Shown here: one piece after another, positions 58,311-64,000 of the stretch | Layout: each line of letters begins with the position of its first letter | Position numbering within the stretch: position 1 is the first letter of the stretch | Source: Pseudomonas aeruginosa PAO1 | GTDB taxonomy: Bacteria; Pseudomonadota; Gammaproteobacteria; Pseudomonadales; Pseudomonadaceae | Length of the DNA stretch: 64,000 nucleotides | Assembly (NCBI RefSeq): GCF_000006765.1 | Contig: NC_002516.2 | Direction: 5' to 3' (one strand) | The notes under the pieces: model-generated | Seen by the model: only the letters and a program-made list of their open reading frames with translations | What the model was told of the DNA's origin: nothing | Database searches by the model: none | Translations under genes and position numbers: made by a program

Positions 58311-58320
58311 AAGGAAGGGC

Positions 58321-60546
58321 TCATACCGCAGCGCCCGCCAACTGCTCCTGGAGTTCCTCCTGCAACGCCTCCAGGGCCAGCCGGAGTCTTTCGCCAGGCG
58401 CCTGCAGGCACTCCCCGTCACCACTTCGCCGGCAGGCGTCCTCCAGGGCCTCGCAGGCCTCCAGCAGGGTACGCGCCCCGATCATCCGTGCGGCGCCCTT
58501 GATGCGGTGGGCATGCTCGGCGAGCCGGGTCCTGTCGCCCTCGCGCAGGAGGATGGCAAGGCGCTGGAGGTCCTGACGGTTGCTGCCTAGCAGGGTCTCC
58601 AGCAGTTCGCGCAGCCGTTCCGGGCGGTCGCCGCCGAGGCTGCTGAGAGCGGCTGCATCATAGAGCCCCCGGGGCTGCGCGGCGTCGCGTCCGAAAGAGG
58701 TCGCGAGGTAGTTGCGCAGGGTCTCCAGGCCGAGCGGCTTGAACAGGCAATCATCCATGCCCGCGTCGCGGCAGCGCTGTACCTCGTCCGGCTCGGCGTC
58801 GGCGGTATAGCCGAGGATCAGGATCGGCGCGCGTCGCTCGCACCGTTCCTGGATGCGTATCCTGCGTGCCAGCTGATAGCCGTTCAGGCGCGGCATGTTG
58901 CAGTCGCTGATCAGCACCTCGAAGCGCTCGTCGGCCCAGAGCTCCAGCGCCACCTGGCCATCCTCCGCTTCCGCCACCCGGTGGCCGAGAAACTCCAGTT
59001 GCTGGCGCAGCAGTACCCGGTTGGGCGGATAGTCGTCGGCGATGAGGATATGCAGGCGGCGAGACGGCTCCATGGATGCTGCCAGCGGGTCCTGGCCGGA
59101 TTCAGGCATTTTCGGCCCGCACTGGCGCAAGAGCAGGTCGAGCGACACCCGGGTGCCTTTGCCCGGCTCGCTGTGCATCTCGACATCGCCGCCCATGAGG
59201 TCCACCAACTTCCGACAGATCGCCAGCCCAAGGCCGGTCCCGCCCTGCACCGTGCGTCCCTTGGCCACCTGGATGAAAGGCTGGAACAGGCGCGCCTGGT
59301 CCGCCGGAGCGATACCGATACCGGAATCCTCCACGTCCACCCGGACGATCGCCCTCCCCTCGTCCAGGCTCCTTTCCTGGAGACGGATCGTCACCTGTCC
59401 CCGCTCGGTGAACTTGATCGCATTGCTCACCAGGTTGGAGAGCACCTGCTTGAAGCGCAGGGGATCGATCAGCACGTCCCGTCCCGGGGCATCGTCCAGC
59501 TCCACAACGAGCCTCAGGCCTTTCTGCCGGGCCAGGCCTTCGAACATGCGGCGCACCGACTCCACGACATGGCGCAGGCGAACCCGCTCGGGCGTGAGGG
59601 TCAGGTGACCGGACTCGATCTTGGCGACGTCGAGGATGTCGCCGATGAGCAGTTGCAGCGACCCCGCTGCCTCGTAGGCGACCTCCAGCGAGGCGCGTTC
59701 GCGCTGCTCCGGCGCCAGGCGCTGCAGGACCAGTTCGAGGATGCCGATGACCGCATTCATCGGCGTACGGATCTCGTGGCTCATGGTCGCCAGGAAGACG
59801 CTCTTCGCCCGATTCGCCTCGTCCGCCTGGCGCATCGCCTCGCGCAACTGGCGGGCCAGGCGCTCCCGTTCGGTGATGTCGATCCAGCCGTTCATCAGGC
59901 CGAGCACCCGGCCCTGGCGATCCCTGTAGGGCGTGACCCAATGGTGGATCTCCAGCAATTGCCCGCCGATGCGCACCGCCATGTCGGTGAAGCTCGCCGT
60001 TCCTCCCCGAGCCACCGCCAGGCACTGCTGGTGCATGAGCCGTGCCTTGCTGCCCTCGACCCAGTCGGAATCGGTCAACAGGGTGCCGCGGGCCTGCTCT
60101 CGGGTCATCCGCAGGCTTTCCAGGTAATTGCGGTTGCAGGCCAGCAGGCGACCGTCGAGCGTGCGGATGCTCACCGGGTAGGGAATCCCGTCGACCAGCG
60201 CCTGCTTCAATGCCAGGCGGCCGCTCAGGTCGGCTTCGGTACGTTGCCAACGCCTGAGCCTGAGCTGCAGGACGGTATTCCAGCCCAGGCATCCGACGCA
60301 GACCAGGCAGGCCACCAGCAGGCCGAGCACCAGGCTGGAAGGGGATGGCGAGCGCAGCCCGTCGGCAGCCTGGCGTAGCGGCGCTTCGTCGACCACATCG
60401 GCGTCCCCCGGACGATCCGGAGCGGGAATCCGGAGCATGGAAGAATATTCGCCAGCCGTCGCCCTCGCCGGAACGGCATATCCCGCCATGCAGGCGAATA
60501 TGAGAAGCAGGCCGAGCATGCACGCACTGCGTTTCTGGAACTTCAT
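58321..60546 (-). CDS. rocS2: Unorthodox hybrid sensor kinase (TM-PAS-HK-REC-HPt), BvgS/EvgS family
   Basis: 741 aa. FLATMSHEIRTPM, GGTGLGL, SDCNMP, HRIKGAA. Symbol from recalled synteny. Confidence 0.85.
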   Translation of the reverse strand: MKFQKRSACMLGLLLIFACMAGYAVPARATAGEYSSMLRIPAPDRPGDADVVDEAPLRQAADGLRSPSPSSLVLGLLVACLVCVGCLGWNTVLQLRLRRWQRTEADLSGRLALKQALVDGIPYPVSIRTLDGRLLACNRNYLESLRMTREQARGTLLTDSDWVEGSKARLMHQQCLAVARGGTASFTDMAVRIGGQLLEIHHWVTPYRDRQGRVLGLMNGWIDITERERLARQLREAMRQADEANRAKSVFLATMSHEIRTPMNAVIGILELVLQRLAPEQRERASLEVAYEAAGSLQLLIGDILDVAKIESGHLTLTPERVRLRHVVESVRRMFEGLARQKGLRLVVELDDAPGRDVLIDPLRFKQVLSNLVSNAIKFTERGQVTIRLQERSLDEGRAIVRVDVEDSGIGIAPADQARLFQPFIQVAKGRTVQGGTGLGLAICRKLVDLMGGDVEMHSEPGKGTRVSLDLLLRQCGPKMPESGQDPLAASMEPSRRLHILIADDYPPNRVLLRQQLEFLGHRVAEAEDGQVALELWADERFEVLISDCNMPRLNGYQLARRIRIQERCERRAPILILGYTADAEPDEVQRCRDAGMDDCLFKPLGLETLRNYLATSFGRDAAQPRGLYDAAALSSLGGDRPERLRELLETLLGSNRQDLQRLAILLREGDRTRLAEHAHRIKGAARMIGARTLLEACEALEDACRRSGDGECLQAPGERLRLALEALQEELQEQLAGAAV

Positions 60547-60559
60547 TCGGTTCCGGCCC

Positions 60560-61183
60560 TTAGATAAGCGTATTGCGTTTGGCGAACTCGATGAGATCCA
60601 CCAGCGAGCCGGCGTTCAACTTCAACAACAAGCGCGCCTTGTAAGTGCTGACGGTCTTGTTGCTGATAAACATCTGCTCGGATATCTGCTTGTTCGAATA
60701 ACCCTGGCTGAGGTATTGCAATACCGATACTTCGCGATCGGACAGGCGTCCGAGCAATTCCACATCGTCGGAATAGGCGCCCTGTTGCACAGGACGCATG
60801 GCCGAGCTGGGAAAGTAACTGTATCCCGAGGCGACCGCATTCACCGCCGTCACCAGTTCGGCCAGTCCGCCCTGCTTGCAGACGAACCCGGCTGCGCCCG
60901 CCTGCATGCTGCGCAGGGCGAAGAGCGAGGCGCTCTGGCCGGTCAGGACGAGGATCTTCAGGGGCAACGCCAGCACCATCAGGCGGCTGATGACCTCGAG
61001 GCCGTCCAGCCTGGGAATGCCGATATCGAGGATGACCAGGTCCGGCTTCAGCTCCCGCCCGAGGCTGATGGCATCCACGCCATTATCGGTATCGCCGACG
61101 ATCTGGTGCCCTTCGGCTTCCAGCAACATCTTCATGGCCATGCGAATCACGGGATGATCGTCGACTATCAGGATACGGCTCAT
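60560..61183 (-). CDS. rocA2: NarL/LuxR-family response regulator (BvgA/EvgA-like)
   Basis: 207 aa from MSRILIVDDHP. ILDIGIP, LSDREVSVL, ISNKTVSTYK. Confidence 0.87.
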   Translation of the reverse strand: MSRILIVDDHPVIRMAMKMLLEAEGHQIVGDTDNGVDAISLGRELKPDLVILDIGIPRLDGLEVISRLMVLALPLKILVLTGQSASLFALRSMQAGAAGFVCKQGGLAELVTAVNAVASGYSYFPSSAMRPVQQGAYSDDVELLGRLSDREVSVLQYLSQGYSNKQISEQMFISNKTVSTYKARLLLKLNAGSLVDLIEFAKRNTLI

Positions 61184-61285
61184 TGTCTGATTTCCTTGCC
61201 AATAAAAATTCAGAAAAAATTCTCCTGAGCAAGATATAGACGGGAGCCATATTGTCGAGATACTCGATGGCAACTCATATACTTT

Positions 61286-61299
61286 AAGGAATATTCTCA
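61286..61299 (-). promoter_or_regulatory. RcsB/BvgA-like box in an AT-rich promoter
   Basis: Minus strand TGAGAATATTCCTT, a 12/14 match to the RcsAB box TAAGAATATTCCTA. Confidence 0.4.
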
Positions 61300-61608
61300 C
61301 GGAAACTTAATTTATTTCTTACGGCGAATTCAAAACCTCGTATATTGCCAAGCAATTGGCCTGGTTATCTGCATGAAAAACACCCGCATATATACGCGCC
61401 TTCCCGGCTCGTTATCTGCCAGAGCGAGTTGAATAGTTCGTCAGGGGTTTCGGAGTATTGCTATCCGCATGTACGGCCACAAGCCGCCGACATGCCTTGG
61501 CAGGGCAAAGGGAAGCACGACGGGCGCCGGGCCAGATAGCGCCGGAGCAGGATCGAAAGGGAGGGAAGACGCGACCGCCATCCTCGGGCGGGATGGCGGC
61601 GCTATCGC

Positions 61609-61953
61609 TTAGAGCTTCGGCAGGACAGGCTGTTCCGGGTACCAGGCGTCGACCAACGCGCCGACCTCGACGCTGGCCAGTTCCGGTTGCTGCTTCAACC
61701 AGGCCTCGATCAGGGCCCGCTGCTCTTCATTGACCGAGCCACGGCGCGCCAGGCAGACGAAACCGAATTCGTCGCAGCCGCCATAGGTCAGTTCGTTGGC
61801 TTCGATCGCCTGATCGATGAAGCGCAACATGAAAGCGTTCACCGCATCGGCATCCACGCCTTCCTTGTAGTGGAAGTTCAATTCGAAACCCAGCTCCTGG
61901 AATTCATCGACGCACAATTTCTTGCGCAGGCGGCGGGAACGATTAGTAGCCAT
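61609..61953 (-). CDS. yggL: YggL (DUF469) family protein
   Basis: 114 aa. RSRRLRKKLCVDEFQELGF and VGALVDAWY. Confidence 0.9.
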   Translation of the reverse strand: MATNRSRRLRKKLCVDEFQELGFELNFHYKEGVDADAVNAFMLRFIDQAIEANELTYGGCDEFGFVCLARRGSVNEEQRALIEAWLKQQPELASVEVGALVDAWYPEQPVLPKL

Positions 61954-62263
61954 GGCGGCATCTCCTGGATTGACGCTCCATTGGCGGAGCCTCGCATTAC
62001 AGACAGTAGCCGACGCCGCTGGAGCCGCGGGCGAACCCCGGCAAGCTCCGCGCGGCGCGGCCGGATTGCCGGCGCACTCTACCAGTTCCGACCATTCGGC
62101 GATATGACGGCGAACTCCGCGAAACTCCAGCGCATCGTTATCCGCCTTGCGGCATAATGAGCAAGACGGCCTCTTCGCGTGATGTCCGTCTCTTTTTTCA
62201 GGTTCGCTTCGTTTTTCATCTTCATTTCATTTTCTACCCTCCGTCTTCAAGGGTTCTTCATTA

Positions 62264-63694
62264 ATGTTCAAGTCGCTGCGTACTCTTGCCTTCGCCACGC
62301 TCCTGCCTTTCGCCCTTCCCACCCTCGCCCAGGTCAACGCCACCCTGCCGGCCAACGTGCAGAAAGCCCTGCAGACCAACAAGCTGACCGGCAACGATCT
62401 GTCGCTGGTGCTGATTCCGCTCGACGGCCCGGGCAACCCCACCTACTACAACGCCGACGTATCGGTGAACCCGGCCTCGACCATGAAGCTGTTCACCACC
62501 TATGCCGCCCTGGAAATGCTCGGCCCGACCTACCAGTGGAAGACCGAGTTCTACACCGACGGCCAGCTCAAGAACGGAGTGCTCAACGGCAACCTCTACC
62601 TCAAGGGCGGCGGCGATCCGAAACTGAACATGGAGAAGCTCTGGCTGCTGATGCGCGACCTGCGCGCCAATGGCGTGACCAAGGTCACAGGTGACCTGGT
62701 ACTCGACCGCAGCTACTTCAACATCCCGCAGTTGCCGGTATTCAACGACGACGGCGGCGACGACACCAAGCCGTTCCTGGTCGGTCCGGACTCGCTGCTG
62801 GTCAACCTGAAGAGCGTGCGCATGGTGGTGCGCACCGACGGCAACAAGGTCAACGTGCAGATGGACCCGCCGCTGGCCAACGTACGCATCGACAACCAGG
62901 TGAAGATGACCGCGCCGGCCACCTGCCCGGCCTGGCCGAAGCTGCGCTTCAGCCCGGTGACCCAGTTCGACGGCACCACCCTGCTGGCCACCGGACAGAT
63001 TCCCCAGGGCTGTAGCGCGCAGACCTACATGTCGCTGCTCGACCACCCCGGCTACACCGCCGGCGCGGTGCGCGGCATCTGGCAGGAGCTGGGCGGCAGC
63101 ATCCTCGGCAAGGACCGCCAGGGCAGCGTACCGCGCAACGCCACGCTGATCGCCAAGGCCTTCTCGCCAGACCTGGTCGAGATCATCCGCGACATCAACA
63201 AATACAGTAACAACACCATGGCCCGGCAGTTGTTCCTCTCCATCGGCGCGCAGTTCCGCAACAGTGCCGACGGCGACGACGCCCAGGCCGCGCAGCGGGT
63301 GGTGCGGCAGTGGCTGGCGCGCAAGGGCATCACCGCGCCGCGCCTGGTGATGGAGAACGGCTCGGGACTGTCGCGCCAGGAACGGGTCAGCGCCCGTGAG
63401 ATGGCGGCGATGCTGCAAGCCGCCTGGCACAGCCCCTATGCAGCGGAGTACATCTCCTCGCTGCCGCTGGCCGGCCTCGACGGCACCATGCGCAAACGCC
63501 TGCGGCGCACCGCACTGGTCGGCGAGGCGCACGTGAAGACCGGCACCCTCAACACCGTGCGCGCCCTCGCCGGCTTCAGCCGCGACGCCAGCGGCCACAA
63601 CTGGGTGGTGGTGGCGATCCTCAACAGCCCGCGGCCGTGGGGCGCTTCGGCGATCCTCGACCAGGTACTGCTGAGCCTGCACGCGCGGAAATAA
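62264..63694 (+). CDS. dacB: D-Ala-D-Ala carboxypeptidase/endopeptidase PBP4
   Basis: 476 aa with signal peptide. SxxK (PASTMK), SxN (YSNN), KTGTL. Intact. Confidence 0.97.
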   Translation: MFKSLRTLAFATLLPFALPTLAQVNATLPANVQKALQTNKLTGNDLSLVLIPLDGPGNPTYYNADVSVNPASTMKLFTTYAALEMLGPTYQWKTEFYTDGQLKNGVLNGNLYLKGGGDPKLNMEKLWLLMRDLRANGVTKVTGDLVLDRSYFNIPQLPVFNDDGGDDTKPFLVGPDSLLVNLKSVRMVVRTDGNKVNVQMDPPLANVRIDNQVKMTAPATCPAWPKLRFSPVTQFDGTTLLATGQIPQGCSAQTYMSLLDHPGYTAGAVRGIWQELGGSILGKDRQGSVPRNATLIAKAFSPDLVEIIRDINKYSNNTMARQLFLSIGAQFRNSADGDDAQAAQRVVRQWLARKGITAPRLVMENGSGLSRQERVSAREMAAMLQAAWHSPYAAEYISSLPLAGLDGTMRKRLRRTALVGEAHVKTGTLNTVRALAGFSRDASGHNWVVVAILNSPRPWGASAILDQVLLSLHARK

Positions 63695-63706
63695 GGCGCA
63701 GTACGA

Positions 63707-63744
63707 AAAAAAGGCCGCCAGCGGTTGCCCGCCGGCGGCCTTTT
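63707..63744. terminator. Bidirectional terminator dacB/rlmKL
   Basis: AAAAGGCCGCC...GGCGGCCTTTT. Confidence 0.88.
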
Positions 63745-63762
63745 GCATGAATGCCGCTCGCC

Positions 63763-64000
63763 TCAGCGAACGGTGATTCTCCAGGCCCGATGGATCTTCG
63801 GATTACGCGCGAAATCCGGATCGAGGGTTTCGCCAGTGATCTCTTCGACCGCATAGCGGGCCTGCACGCTCTCGTCCAGTTCGAACTTGCGGAAGTTGTT
63901 GGAGAAATACAGCACCCCGCCCGGCGCCAGCCGCGCCATGGCCAGGTCGAGCAGTTCGACGTGGTCGCGCTGCACGTCGAACACGCCTTCCATGCGCTTG
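63763..64000 (-). CDS. rlmKL: 23S rRNA methyltransferase RlmKL, 3' end only (runs off the window)
   Basis: [23 protein letters not shown] and [12 protein letters not shown] match the RlmK C-terminus. Confidence 0.88.
   Translation of the reverse strand, partial: KRMEGVFDVQRDHVELLDLAMARLAPGGVLYFSNNFRKFELDESVQARYAVEEITGETLDPDFARNPKIHRAWRITVR

Noticed and set aside
61345-61539. 64-aa ORF in the rocA2-yggL gap
   Set aside because: TTG start, no RBS, atypical composition, no motif.
62136-62146. CGTTATCCGCC matching the REP arm at 54091
   Set aside because: Lone 11-mer with no partner arm. Could be chance.

Overview
High-GC window that I recognise as Pseudomonas aeruginosa core chromosome. From memory of that genome, gene order and lengths match PAO1 PA2990-PA3048; no alignment was run. 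It contains sthA, the nqrABCDEF-apbE-nqrM operon, an aroP-type permease, a long-form GAPDH, mfd-csiV, MTI phosphorylase-nagZ, psrA/lexA-sulA, topA, fadBA, usp, uup and slt-lprI. It continues with a MOSC protein, a yegS + FGGY kinase + G3P-dehydrogenase-like + alkyl-DHAP-synthase-like cluster with a divergent AraC regulator, moeA/moaB/mobA, tRNA-Pro(CGG) and snr1. The last part holds a TetR-controlled GST/PNPOx-like/MBL-hydrolase module, opdQ, an Amt-family transporter, a yqjD/E/K-like operon, dgt, rocS2/rocA2, yggL, dacB and the 3' end of rlmKL. I found no IS, integrase, prophage, CRISPR, rRNA or clear pseudogene, and all recognisable ORFs look intact. There is no obvious novel island. The best leads are under-characterised core modules (possible ether-lipid/alkylglycerol pathway; TetR-controlled module with an exported lactonase-like enzyme; slt-lprI pair) and non-coding structure (a possible switch in the dacB leader, a direct repeat bracketing aroP, an RcsB/BvgA-like box upstream of rocA2, tandem PsrA operators, a 7-mer tandem repeat).
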